A stretch of DNA of 62,255 nucleotides, filler included. It is 7 parts of 7 records of this genome, joined end to end, with 100 filler letters (N's around TTAATTAATTAA, not from the genome) between each part and the next. Parts side by side here need not be neighbours in the genome. Positions count along the whole stretch, not along the records: positions 1 to 6,453 come from SRR31147125_26803; positions 6,554 to 22,032 come from SRR31147125_26818; 5 more parts are not named here. One strand, given 5' to 3'. Within the stretch, counting starts at the first letter, position 1; each line of letters begins with the position of its first letter. The position numbers were made by a program, and so were the translations under genes. The notes under the pieces were generated by a model. The model did no database searches. It saw only the letters and a list, made by a program, of their open reading frames with translations, and was not told the origin of the DNA. Shown in pieces: positions 1-10,099 of the stretch.

Positions 1-2
1 TT

Positions 3-29
3 TTGGCACAAGCTGCACGCTTGCGCCAA
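3..29. repeat. REP-like palindrome
   Basis: TTGGCACAAGC-TGCAC-GCTTGCGCCAA, an 11-bp stem with one mismatch, downstream of the GH144 gene. Resembles short Bacteroidota intergenic palindromes. Confidence 0.45.
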
Positions 30-69
30 TGAGAGATTTTTGTTTTTATGCATACTATAAAAACAAAGT

Positions 70-1473
70 TTATTCATATGTAAACCCAAGTTTTTCAAGT
101 CCGTTTCTTACATCTTTATTGCGCATGAAATATTCCCAGAGCAAACCTGAACGGTGATTTTCAATCATCACAACAATGGGTCCCTGGTCAATTGCCAGGT
201 ATTTTTTCGGAAACCAATTGTATTGTTCGCTAAAAGCATCGTAAAAACCAAAATCACCCAAAAGCCTGTCTCCCAGCTTTTCATAGAAATACCGTGCTAC
301 CTGCATTGACTCTTCCGGTGTATAAGGAAAGGAGGATAAGGCAGCGGTTGGCGATATAACAGACAAATCCCTCTCCGGTTTATGACCTGCATATCCTACA
401 TCAGGGTCTTGTCCTTCAAAATCCGGAATTTCAACTTCCCCGGAAGCTATTTTTTGATAATTCCTGATTGAATAACTCGATGTTAATCCCCAGCAATCTT
501 CACCATAACCTTTAAAACCATTTGGATTTTCAATGCAATATTGCCTGTTGATCAATGTGTGATTTTGATTGTGACGCCAGTAGTCGCCATATCGGTCTTT
601 TAAATTACGCGGATTTAAACCTAAATAAGAATAATGCGCCCAGAATAAAGGGCCTCCTTTTTTTGTATTTCTGTGTTCCAGTTCGAATGGCATCTCATAA
701 TACATTTCATCTGTTTTAATATCTCCACCCCGTGCCCATCCGTTGTGATAAGCTTCTGGAGATATGGGATGAGTAGGCGAAGAAGCTGCCATTACGTAGG
801 TTATTAAACATTCATTGTATCCCGTTATCCGGTGGTTCATTTCCCAATTATATTCCGGTGACCAATGCCAGAAAAGAACATCCTCTCCATTTTGATACCA
901 GTCCCATTCTATTTCTTCCCACATTTTATTCAACCGTTCGATTAAGTGCTTTTCCCGCTCATTGCCATTTTTGAAATATTCAATTACCGCAATCATTCCC
1001 TGGGCAAGGAAGGAAGTTTCAACAATATCCCCTCCATTATCTTTCTTGCTAAAAGGTTTTACTTTTCCAGTCTCTCCATTAAGCCAGTGCGGCCAAACTC
1101 CATGAAACCTATCAGCACTTTCGAGAAAAGATGTAATTTTTTCAAATCTTTCAACAGCTTGTTCACGAGTTATAAAGCCTCGTTCAATTCCGGTTAAAAT
1201 AGCCATTAATCCAAATCCGGAACCACCAGATGTCACTATATTTTTATCATTTTCAGGATACACACCATTCACATGATACCTTTCCCTAGCCATGCCAGAG
1301 TTGGGTTCAGCCCCATCCCAGAAATATTGGAATGTATTATACTGTATCAATGTGAGGAGTGAATCATTAGAAATTGATTCACCTGTTGTATCACCATTAT
1401 TAGAAATGTTTTTGCATTGCGTGATAATCAATGTGAAAATCAACAATGCTGTGATATTTATATATTTCTTCAT
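70..1473 (-). CDS. GH144 (DUF3131/glucoamylase-like) beta-1,2-glucanase, lipoprotein
   Basis: Motifs TFQYFWDGAEPNSGMARER, SGGSGFG, RFHGVWPHW, DNGGDIVET, GGPLFWAHY, YLAIDQGP. Signal peptide ends in Cys (IITQC). Confidence 0.85.
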   Translation of the reverse strand: MKKYINITALLIFTLIITQCKNISNNGDTTGESISNDSLLTLIQYNTFQYFWDGAEPNSGMARERYHVNGVYPENDKNIVTSGGSGFGLMAILTGIERGFITREQAVERFEKITSFLESADRFHGVWPHWLNGETGKVKPFSKKDNGGDIVETSFLAQGMIAVIEYFKNGNEREKHLIERLNKMWEEIEWDWYQNGEDVLFWHWSPEYNWEMNHRITGYNECLITYVMAASSPTHPISPEAYHNGWARGGDIKTDEMYYEMPFELEHRNTKKGGPLFWAHYSYLGLNPRNLKDRYGDYWRHNQNHTLINRQYCIENPNGFKGYGEDCWGLTSSYSIRNYQKIASGEVEIPDFEGQDPDVGYAGHKPERDLSVISPTAALSSFPYTPEESMQVARYFYEKLGDRLLGDFGFYDAFSEQYNWFPKKYLAIDQGPIVVMIENHRSGLLWEYFMRNKDVRNGLEKLGFTYE

Positions 1474-1490
1474 TTTTCCCTTTTTAATAA

Positions 1491-3437
1491 TTAATAGGTA
1501 AAACCAAGTTTTGTAAGCGCACTTTGTACCTCAGGCGCTGACATAAATAAATCCCATAACAATCCGGATCTATAATTTTCAATCATCAAAATAATTGGGC
1601 CCTGGTCTATTGCAATATAGGAAGATGCGTACCAATTTTCTGTGATGTTGAACGCATCATAAAATCCATACTCTCCCCAAAGTCTGTCACCCAGCATGTA
1701 ATAAAAATGACTTATTGCATCCATCGATTCTTCGGGTGTATAAGCAATGGACGATATGGCTGCGGTCGGTGTAATTACGCCCCTGTCGTTGTTAGGTGCA
1801 TGCGCTGAATATCCATCATTTCCATCGCTGGCAGTTAACCCCCAGCAATTCTCAGAATAGCCCACATAGTTTAACGGGTTGTTAGCACAGTATGCCCTGT
1901 TGATAAGGGTGTGATTCGTTGCCTGTTCCCAATAATTAGCATATTTATCGACCAGATTTCGCGGATCGAGTCCGGTGAATGTATAATGTTCAAAAAACAA
2001 GGGGCCTCCATAATCCCGTCCAAGAGGCAATGAAATATTGTAAAATTGTTTGCCATTAGCCATATTCGTTCCTCCGGCCCATCCTTCTTCGTATACTGTT
2101 TTTGTAATTGTGTGTGTATCTGAAGCTGCCGCCATCACATAGGTAATTAATGCCTCATTCCATCCCCGTATCTTCATGTTCATTTCAAATTCATAATCCG
2201 GGGACCAGTGCCATGTTAATGAATTTTCTCCCTGTGTATACCAGTCCCATTCAATTTCGCCGAGAAGAATATTTATTTTATCTATCATTGAATTTTCCTG
2301 TGCAACACCCGAATTAAGGTATTGACGGACGGTTATCAGTCCCATAGCAACATAGGACGTCTCCACCAGATCGCCACCGTTATCTTTTGTGCTGAATGGT
2401 TTTGCATCACCCGTATTACCATCCAACCAATGCGGCCAGGCTCCATGAAACCGTTCAGATTGCCCCAGAAAATCTATCATGGTTTCAAGCCTTTCAATTC
2501 CTTCCTGGTGTGTTATAAATTCTCTTTCAATTCCAACAAGAACAGCCATCAAACCAAAACCTGAACCTCCTGAGGCAACTGTGTTCCCGGAAGTATTTCG
2601 TTCTCTTGTCAGTCCACTTGTCGGATGGGCAAAATCCCAGAAATATTTAAATGTTTGTTTTTGAATTAGCGTAAGTAATTCTTCATCTGTGATTTGAGGG
2701 AATTTTAAGGTTTTGTCTAATTCGGCAAATAGGGTTATCGCATAATTGGAAAAAGACTCCCCTTCAACACCTCTTAATTCGTTAGACAGGCTAAGTTCAT
2801 ACTTGTAATAATAATTAAGAAGGGTAGAAGCCGAAATTAAAAATGATTTTCCCTCATTGAAGGAAACAAAAGTTAATGATGGAGCATTTGTTCCTTGAAA
2901 ACTTAATGCTTTTCTAAATGATTCTTCATTTACTGAATTTGAGAAATTGAAAGTTGCTTCAAAATTAAGTGGAACATCAGTTAACTTATTTTTCTCAACC
3001 ACATTTTCTTCATTGATGATTACAGAAACAAGTTCTAAATCTCCAATAACAGTTTTAAAACTTACTTCTGTTGATTTTATTTTTTCTCCTTTTGCCCCTT
3101 TTAATCCATCTGATATTTCAATCGTATATGTTGTATTGTTCTCTAAACCACCTGCAGGATATATAACAACAGTTTTATCATCGGAGACAAAACTGAGGCT
3201 TGCATCAACCAATTCTTCATTGGATTTTAGAAAAATAGAATTCTTTGCCGATTCCTGGTTTAAGGCTGATGAAAATAGAATTGAAATGCTTTTGTCAATC
3301 GATAGATTGTCTGATATTTCTCCCTCAAGATTTATTTCTGTATTGCCTACGAATATTTTTTGCAAGGTTAGGTTTCCGACTTCTTCTTCGCAGCTTACAA
3401 ATATCAGCAATAGTAATATGGCAGTAGTGTATTTCAT
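1491..3437 (-). CDS. GH144 beta-1,2-glucanase with two N-terminal Ig-like (SbsA/Big_5-type) domains, lipoprotein
   Basis: Lipobox FVSC; two ~110-aa Ig-like repeats; then TFKYFWDFAHPTSGL, RFHGAWPHW, DNGGDLVET, YIAIDQGP. Confidence 0.85.
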   Translation of the reverse strand: MKYTTAILLLLIFVSCEEEVGNLTLQKIFVGNTEINLEGEISDNLSIDKSISILFSSALNQESAKNSIFLKSNEELVDASLSFVSDDKTVVIYPAGGLENNTTYTIEISDGLKGAKGEKIKSTEVSFKTVIGDLELVSVIINEENVVEKNKLTDVPLNFEATFNFSNSVNEESFRKALSFQGTNAPSLTFVSFNEGKSFLISASTLLNYYYKYELSLSNELRGVEGESFSNYAITLFAELDKTLKFPQITDEELLTLIQKQTFKYFWDFAHPTSGLTRERNTSGNTVASGGSGFGLMAVLVGIEREFITHQEGIERLETMIDFLGQSERFHGAWPHWLDGNTGDAKPFSTKDNGGDLVETSYVAMGLITVRQYLNSGVAQENSMIDKINILLGEIEWDWYTQGENSLTWHWSPDYEFEMNMKIRGWNEALITYVMAAASDTHTITKTVYEEGWAGGTNMANGKQFYNISLPLGRDYGGPLFFEHYTFTGLDPRNLVDKYANYWEQATNHTLINRAYCANNPLNYVGYSENCWGLTASDGNDGYSAHAPNNDRGVITPTAAISSIAYTPEESMDAISHFYYMLGDRLWGEYGFYDAFNITENWYASSYIAIDQGPIILMIENYRSGLLWDLFMSAPEVQSALTKLGFTY

Positions 3438-3458
3438 TCTCTAGCAGGCAAAGGAATC

Positions 3459-3546
3459 AAAAAAATGAAGCAGTCCATCTAATCATGAATTTTTACTTAA
3501 TCATATCATGCAATCAAGATAATCTTTTTGTGGACTGCCTCATTTT
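3459..3546 (-). terminator. Long-loop stem with U-tract inside the PUL
   Basis: 16-bp inverted repeat 3462-3477 / 3531-3546 (one mismatch) with a 53-nt loop. On the minus strand the 3' arm runs into a T7 tract (3459-3465). Confidence 0.5.
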
Positions 3547-3566
3547 ATAATTTCAATTATTAATTA

Positions 3567-5357
3567 CTAATTTGACTCTGCATCAATTATCGTCTGTATT
3601 TCTGACTGCGAAAGTGTCTTGTTGAACAATCTCAATTCATCCATATAGCTTTCATCAGACAAGTGGTTCCATTCTGTAAACCTTGGAGCCCCGGACATAA
3701 TTGTTAGCACATCGCAGCCTGTCCAGTCGATTCCGGTGAAATCACTTTGTTTTACTACTTCACCATCAATATAAACCGTTGCGGCAGTGCCTGAAATTGT
3801 AAATGCCATGTGAACCCATTCATCAACAGCAGGATCAATATCTGCTGCTTCAGCGCCGTCAACCCAAGTATCGGCAGTTCCATCGCCAACATTTAATTTA
3901 AATCGTTGATTGCCCGAAGCATCTTCCCTAAAGAAACGGAATCCGCTGGAACGTAAATTTTGTACATCAGGATAACCTGCATTCTCCGAGTCTTCGGGAC
4001 CCATTGTTAAAATACCTGCTCTGTTTGGTTCTGCATTAACCTTGTACCAGAATACCGCACTAAAAGCTGTGTCTTGTAAGCCATCTGTAGCGAATGTAAG
4101 GTAAGAATCGGCTGCCCCGGCAAAAGCATCATCACCTACAACACCGGTGCCGGCAAAACCGGGAGTTCCGACTATTGTTGCTTCTGTTCCGCTAACCATT
4201 TCCTTGTTGTCCCCATCAAATGGCATGTAGAATATTTCTCCGTCATATTTAGGTTGATAACCAATAACCTTACCCGATTCTTCTTCAATTATCCCTTGTA
4301 TCTCAGATTGAGATAAAGCTCTGGTAAACAGCCTTAATTCATCCATATAACTTTCATCGGATAAGTGATTCCACCCTGAAAAACGTGGAGCTCCCGACAT
4401 GATTGAAAGGATATCGCAGCCTGTCCAATCTATTCCTGAGAATTCACCTTGTTTTACAACTTGTCCATCAATATAAACAACTGCTTCTGTACTTGAAATG
4501 GTAAATGCAAAATGAACCCACTCACCTGTTGTCGGGTCAACATCTGCTGCTTCACCGCCATCGAACCATGAGTCGGCAGTTCCATTACCGGCATTCAATT
4601 TGAATCGTTGCATATCATTTGCATTTTCACGGAAAAAACGGAAACCTGAGGTTCTGTTGTTCATGGCTGTTGGATTATCCGCATCTTCCGGTCCCATAAC
4701 CAGAATACCGGCCCTGTCTGGAGTAGCATTAATTTTCATCCAGAATATGGCACTAAATTCAGTGCCCTGTAAACCATCGGTTGGAAAAGTAAGGTATGCA
4801 TCTGTAGCTCCCGCATAGGCATTTAAACCCTGGATACTTTCACCTGCAAAACCAGGACTACCAACAACAGTAGCATTTTCGAATGAGATTAAATCCATGT
4901 AATCACCATCAAAAGCAAGGTAAAGAACTTCTCCATCATACTTTGGTGTGTAAGGGGGTACTTTTTCAAATTCAACAGATTCTGTTGTTGTCTTTCCTTC
5001 TATATCAGTAGCTGTAATAGCTAAAGTGTGTGTGCCGTTTGTAACATTCTCGTACAAATATTCTTCGAGTGCCCTCCTGTAATCTTTAAAATCAGTGAAG
5101 GATGCTATTTCAGTTCCATCAAGGGCAACAGAAATTGATTTTATTTCGATATCGTCAGTTACTTCAAACTGTATATTGATTGATGTAACAAGCTCTGGCA
5201 CCTGTATCTGAGTCCCTTCTGCCGGATATTTTATTGTTACAACGGGAGCGGACTCATCAGCTCCGGGATCAACAGCAGTAATATCATCAATTCCTTCGTT
5301 ACAGGCTACGGCAAGAACGAGGATAAGTATGCTAAAAATATGCTTTATTATTTTCAT
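3567..5357 (-). CDS. Surface glycan-binding lipoprotein: Ig-like domain plus two tandem LamG/ConA-like domains
   Basis: Lipobox AVAC; duplicated ~230-aa unit (Y.PKYDGE..Y..FDG ... WVH.AFTIS ... YIDG ... MDELRLF); follows SusD. Confidence 0.8.
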   Translation of the reverse strand: MKIIKHIFSILILVLAVACNEGIDDITAVDPGADESAPVVTIKYPAEGTQIQVPELVTSINIQFEVTDDIEIKSISVALDGTEIASFTDFKDYRRALEEYLYENVTNGTHTLAITATDIEGKTTTESVEFEKVPPYTPKYDGEVLYLAFDGDYMDLISFENATVVGSPGFAGESIQGLNAYAGATDAYLTFPTDGLQGTEFSAIFWMKINATPDRAGILVMGPEDADNPTAMNNRTSGFRFFRENANDMQRFKLNAGNGTADSWFDGGEAADVDPTTGEWVHFAFTISSTEAVVYIDGQVVKQGEFSGIDWTGCDILSIMSGAPRFSGWNHLSDESYMDELRLFTRALSQSEIQGIIEEESGKVIGYQPKYDGEIFYMPFDGDNKEMVSGTEATIVGTPGFAGTGVVGDDAFAGAADSYLTFATDGLQDTAFSAVFWYKVNAEPNRAGILTMGPEDSENAGYPDVQNLRSSGFRFFREDASGNQRFKLNVGDGTADTWVDGAEAADIDPAVDEWVHMAFTISGTAATVYIDGEVVKQSDFTGIDWTGCDVLTIMSGAPRFTEWNHLSDESYMDELRLFNKTLSQSEIQTIIDAESN

Positions 5358-5384
5358 TGTTTCTTTCCTTTTAATTATTAATAA

Positions 5385-6453
5385 TTACTGGTTTAAACCC
5401 AAAGCAGGAAGTTGATCCACCTGATTTTGAGGATACGGCAAATACATATCACTTTCTGTAAAAGTCCTTCCGTCATAGCTTAATTCATCGAACTCTCCAA
5501 GCCTTACCATATCGTAATATCGAGTTCCCCATTCCATGGCCAATTCTGCAAATTTTTCGTCCATTACCTGGTCGTTTGTTACACCGGAAAGATTGGATAA
5601 ACCGGCACGTGCCCTTACGGCATTAACAGCAGCATCGGCAGTCATCGTAGAACTGCTTGCCCCTTGTGTTAATGCTTCTGCATGCATTAATAATATTTCT
5701 GCATACCTGATACAGGTAAAGTTTTTATTATTGCCGTAACTGGTTCTTCCTTCAGTAAGTTGGTCAGAAGGTAAATAATGTTTTCCACTGGCAAACATTG
5801 CCCTGGCATAATCGTTAATAACATCTCCTGATGGAGTTGTATTTGAAATCCAATCCGGTAGGGTTGCGTAATTAGGGTCTGTTTTAATTTCGGCGATACC
5901 GCGATCGGTAAAAAGCACACTTGTTTCCAGACGGGTTTGTTCACCCCTGTCTAGCATAAACTTAATCCATTTAATACTAGGTTCGTAAAAACCCCAGCCA
6001 CTGCCTGCGCCAGAAACCTTTGGTGTCCATCCCTGCGGGCCAAAGAAAGCAAAGAGGTAACTTTTTTGGTCTCCGGATCCTTGTCCAAAATCAGAATACT
6101 GTAGTTCCAGGATATTTTCATTGTTAAGCTTTCCCTGAATTTTGAACAGCTCATAAAAATCAGGTTCCAGCGTAAACTCTCCCGAACCAATAATTTCTGA
6201 AGTGGCATCTGCAACAGCCTGGTAATTTTTCAATTCGAGGTTAGCCAAGGCTTGCATTGCAAGTGCAGTGTATTTCGTAACACCACCTGTAATATCAGTT
6301 CGTTCGTTGGGGTGCATATCCGGCAATAAACCTTTCACCTCATCCATTTCGTCGGAAATGTGTTGCATAACCTCATCTTTTGTCGCTACAGGTGCAACAA
6401 GAAGATCAGACGGATCGGAACTTGTTGGGATAAAGATGTCTCCCCATACCCTG
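5385..6453 (-). CDS. susD: RagB/SusD family lipoprotein (5' truncated by contig end)
   Basis: Frame is open to the contig edge (RVWGDIFIP...). C-terminal motifs IRYAEILLMHAEA, NAVRARAGL, ELAMEWGTRYYDMVR, LPYPQ. Confidence 0.9.
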
Positions 6454-6553
6454 NNNNNNNNNNNNNNNNNNNNNNNNNNNNNNNNNNNNNNNNNNNNTTA
6501 ATTAATTAANNNNNNNNNNNNNNNNNNNNNNNNNNNNNNNNNNNNNNNNNNNN
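6454..6553. other. Artificial contig spacer
   Basis: 44 N + TTAATTAATTAA (stops in all six frames) + 44 N; composition changes across it. Confidence 0.98.
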
Positions 6554-6565
6554 AAAAGATAAACA

Positions 6566-8710
6566 ATGATGAAAAAACACCTGAGGATTTTTCAGTTCTT
6601 CACTATTTTTCTGGCTGTCACGGTCCCTGGGCCTGCGATCTGCGGCCAGGCCCTTCCCCAAACATCAATTGAGTCGACCATTGTGACGGCTCAGAAAAGG
6701 CGCCAGGATGTTCAGGATATCCCGGACAGCATCACCGTTTTAAATACCACCCAAATTGAAGATGCCAGGATCAAAAGCCTGGAAGACCTGTCCCACCATG
6801 TTCCCGACCTTGAATTCCATAATTTCGGGGGCCGCCGCCACAGCATGACCTTTATGCGGGGGATCAAAAGCCTTCATGCAGGGGAACCTGCCATCGGTTT
6901 TTACGTTGACGGGGTCAATTATTCCAAATCCTATATGTTTGATTTTCCCCTTTTTGATGTGGAACGGATTGAAGTCCTTAAAGGCCCCCAGGGGACCCTT
7001 TACGGCAGAAACACCATGGCAGGGGTCATCAATGTCTATACGGCAAAGCCTGATAATGAAACAAAAAGCGCGCTGGGGGTTACAGTGGGCAGCGAGGATC
7101 TGGCAGAAATGACCGGATTCCTGAGAACCCCCATTATAAAGGACAAGCTCTTTTTAGGCCTGGCCGGAATGGCAAAAAAGCGTGACGGGTACATGGAAAA
7201 CGATACCCCTGCAGACGGGGAAGAAGGGCGCCATGCCGAAGGGGGCGCAGGCCGGCTCAAGCTCAGATATCTTCCCTCTGATATTCTGGATATCAGTCTC
7301 AGTATTGACGGACAGACCTTTGACGAAGGGGTGTTTCCCTTCCGCAGGACATCCAGAAATGCATTTGTCAAAAAAGGGATTCTTGCGGCAGATGAGGTCT
7401 ACCACTATTCCCATGATTTTGAAGGCACGGCCGAGAGTGATTTCTGGGGCATGTCCCTGAATATGGAGTGCAAACTTCCCATGGGTACCCTGACCTCCAT
7501 TACCGGATACCGCGACTATCTTGTGGATGAATGGGTGGACTCGGATTTCAGCCCCATGGACATGATGCGCAATAATTACAACCAGGATGAAAAAAACATC
7601 ACCCAGGAAATCCGCCTGGCCTCCCTGGAATCGGACTCCCCCTGGCAGTGGCTGGTGGGGCTCTATTATTTTAATAATGATTCTGAAAACCGTTCCATCC
7701 TTGAGTATAGATCGGCCATGGCAAAGCATCCCAAAAACCCCTTCAGGGTCGGTACAGGCCAGCAATTGACCATTTCCCAGGGCGAGCGTGAGGGCATGGC
7801 CGTGTTTGGCCAGACCACCTACCGGTTTTTGAAAAAATTCGATCTCACCCTGGGACTCCGGTATGAGTATGAAGATGCACAAATGAACTGGACCCAGGTG
7901 GATACCCCTGACGGCGGCAGTTCCAGCACCCGGAACCTGCCTTCCGCCTCCAGCGATTTTGATGCCCTGCTGCCCAAACTGAGCCTGGCCTGGCATATGA
8001 GTGAAGACCACATGGCCTATACCACTGTTTCCGCAGGGCACCGCAGCGGCGGGTTCAATAAATATGCGCCTGAAGGCAGTTCCGCCTATGAAGAGGAAAC
8101 CAGCTGGATGTACGAGGCCGGAGTGAAACTGGATTTTCCGGACCAGGATCTGAGACTCAACCTGTCAGGATTTTACATGGAAATTGAAGACGAACAGATC
8201 GGGATGTTTGATAAAAGCCTGAACCGGCCCTTTATCCGGAATGCCGGCGAGTCCCACCGCTTAGGGCTGGAAGCGGAGCTTGCCTACACCCCTTGTCCCG
8301 GACTTGATTTTAATGCCGGACTTGTTGTCATGAAAGCGGAATACGATAAATACGGCGATCCGATCCGGGGTACGGATTTTTCGGGTAAACAGGTGAGCAT
8401 CGTGCCTGAATATTCCGTGAATTTAGGGGCCCAGTACAGACGCCCCCTCTGGGGACAATGGAATTTTCTGGGCCGTATTGATTTTACCGGATACGGAAAG
8501 CGGTATTTTGATGACGCCAATACCGTTGAAGCCAAACCCTATGGCCTGGTCAATGCCAAAGCAGGCATAGAAGGCGACCATCTGGACATTTATTTCTGGT
8601 CAAAAAATCTGCTTGACCGCCATTATGTCATATTGGAAAACACCAGCAAGGGAATTGCAGAGGATGGAGAGCCCCTGACCATCGGGTTTACCATCAATTA
8701 TCGTTTTTAA
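6566..8710 (+). CDS. TonB-dependent outer-membrane receptor (siderophore/FyuA-like)
   Basis: Signal peptide, TonB-box-like TIVTAQKR, plug motif ERIEVLKGPQGTLYGRN, C-terminal YRF. Confidence 0.9.
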   Translation: MMKKHLRIFQFFTIFLAVTVPGPAICGQALPQTSIESTIVTAQKRRQDVQDIPDSITVLNTTQIEDARIKSLEDLSHHVPDLEFHNFGGRRHSMTFMRGIKSLHAGEPAIGFYVDGVNYSKSYMFDFPLFDVERIEVLKGPQGTLYGRNTMAGVINVYTAKPDNETKSALGVTVGSEDLAEMTGFLRTPIIKDKLFLGLAGMAKKRDGYMENDTPADGEEGRHAEGGAGRLKLRYLPSDILDISLSIDGQTFDEGVFPFRRTSRNAFVKKGILAADEVYHYSHDFEGTAESDFWGMSLNMECKLPMGTLTSITGYRDYLVDEWVDSDFSPMDMMRNNYNQDEKNITQEIRLASLESDSPWQWLVGLYYFNNDSENRSILEYRSAMAKHPKNPFRVGTGQQLTISQGEREGMAVFGQTTYRFLKKFDLTLGLRYEYEDAQMNWTQVDTPDGGSSSTRNLPSASSDFDALLPKLSLAWHMSEDHMAYTTVSAGHRSGGFNKYAPEGSSAYEEETSWMYEAGVKLDFPDQDLRLNLSGFYMEIEDEQIGMFDKSLNRPFIRNAGESHRLGLEAELAYTPCPGLDFNAGLVVMKAEYDKYGDPIRGTDFSGKQVSIVPEYSVNLGAQYRRPLWGQWNFLGRIDFTGYGKRYFDDANTVEAKPYGLVNAKAGIEGDHLDIYFWSKNLLDRHYVILENTSKGIAEDGEPLTIGFTINYRF

Positions 8711-8721
8711 GTTTTAATTTC

Positions 8722-8752
8722 AGGGGAAATCCGGCTTGCCCGGGTTTCCCTT
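8722..8752 (+). terminator. Putative terminator hairpin
   Basis: GGGAAATCCGG...CCGGGTTTCCC just after the receptor stop; U-tract is weak. Confidence 0.45.
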
Positions 8753-8912
8753 CCAGGAAAAAGGGTATCGGGTTGATTCGAATCTTGATCCTAATTATTG
8801 GTATCCCATTGGAAATAGAAAATAAGCCTTGATTGGCATGGACAAGCCATGAATCCCTGTGATAAATTGATCCATCCTAAATTTTTGAACCCCATTTAGC
8901 AAAGGTTGCAAT

Positions 8913-10004
8913 ATGACGGAAAAACTGGATCTCCTCATTGTGGGCGCAGGCCCCGGGGGCATGGCCGCAGGCATTCTGGCCCAGAAAGCGGGCCAATCCT
9001 ATCTGATTCTTGAAAAGGGCAAAAATCCCATGCAGGGCATTATCGATACCTACCCCAAGGGAAAAAAGGTCTATCCCACCATTCCCAAGCGGTATACGGA
9101 TCCTTTTCCTGTGGACGAGGTCAGGCCGCCGGATTCCCGCATCCCGGTGGAGGCCTATATAGACCAGGCCCGGGCCGCGGCCGGAAACCTGAACATACAT
9201 TATGATGAAGAGTTTGTTGCCATTGAGGGCCAGTATCCTGACTATCTGGTAAAAACCGCTTCAGCCACCTACCTTGCCCGTCATATTATCCTGGCATTCG
9301 GGAGCAATATCCCCAATGACCTGGGGATTTACGGGGAGGCAAAGACCGTGGCCAGGAATATTGAAAACGGGGAAGATTATATCGGGATCAATGTCCTGGT
9401 TATCGGCGGGGGGAATGCGGCCGCAGACGTGGTGGCCTCCCTGTCCAGGATCAAGCGGGAAGCCGATGATGAAACCTCAGTCTATTGGGCCCATATCAAG
9501 GAAACATTCGAAATCAACAAGGACACGGCCAGGGACCTGGGGGAAGAGGTTCTGCTGGGGGGGCATATCAAGATCCTCCAGCGGGCCGTTCCCAAAATCG
9601 GGGAGGTGGATGCCGACGGGATTGACCGGCTCTATATCCACCAGACCTCAGGCGCATCCATGGGCTACGACCTTTACCTCTACCAGGGCATGAGCTTTCC
9701 CATGAAAAACGTCATTGCCTGTATCGGCCACCACGGCCCGTCCGCCATTTTTGACGGCCTGGACCTCCAGCAGATCACCTGCACCGGCGCCATCTGTAAA
9801 ATCGCCAAGGAAGGGGAGCGGCTCCTCATGCTCTCGGACACCCTGGAAACAAGCCGCAAGGGGATTTTTGCCATAGGCGGTGCCGTGAGCCCTTCCTACA
9901 TGGAAATAGACAGCCAGGGGGTTATCAAGGAAAAGCGCCATTCCAACCTCATCTATACGGCCGTCCTGGATGCTAAAATCGTTATTGACCATTTATTTCA
10001 TTAA
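8913..10004 (+). CDS. NAD(P)/FAD-dependent oxidoreductase, thioredoxin-reductase-like fold
   Basis: GAGPGG FAD motif, VIGGGNAA NAD(P)H motif, ETSRKGIFAIGG. No canonical CxxC. Confidence 0.8.
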   Translation: MTEKLDLLIVGAGPGGMAAGILAQKAGQSYLILEKGKNPMQGIIDTYPKGKKVYPTIPKRYTDPFPVDEVRPPDSRIPVEAYIDQARAAAGNLNIHYDEEFVAIEGQYPDYLVKTASATYLARHIILAFGSNIPNDLGIYGEAKTVARNIENGEDYIGINVLVIGGGNAAADVVASLSRIKREADDETSVYWAHIKETFEINKDTARDLGEEVLLGGHIKILQRAVPKIGEVDADGIDRLYIHQTSGASMGYDLYLYQGMSFPMKNVIACIGHHGPSAIFDGLDLQQITCTGAICKIAKEGERLLMLSDTLETSRKGIFAIGGAVSPSYMEIDSQGVIKEKRHSNLIYTAVLDAKIVIDHLFH

Positions 10005-10028
10005 ATTTGATGCCGTATGGCCGTGATG

Positions 10029-10061
10029 AAAAAACCCCGGCAGGAAAGGACCTGCCGGGGT
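10029..10061 (-). terminator. Rho-independent terminator of the porin gene
   Basis: 11-bp perfect stem ACCCCGGCAGG/CCTGCCGGGGT followed by a T-run on the minus strand. Confidence 0.85.
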
Positions 10062-10099
10062 ATATATTCAGATGGCATGAATTTATAAAATTTTTTTAA

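Noticed and set aside
7154-8041. 295-aa antisense ORF and many other overlapping ORFs in the GC-rich contig
   Set aside because: Shadow ORFs of real genes with no recognisable motifs.
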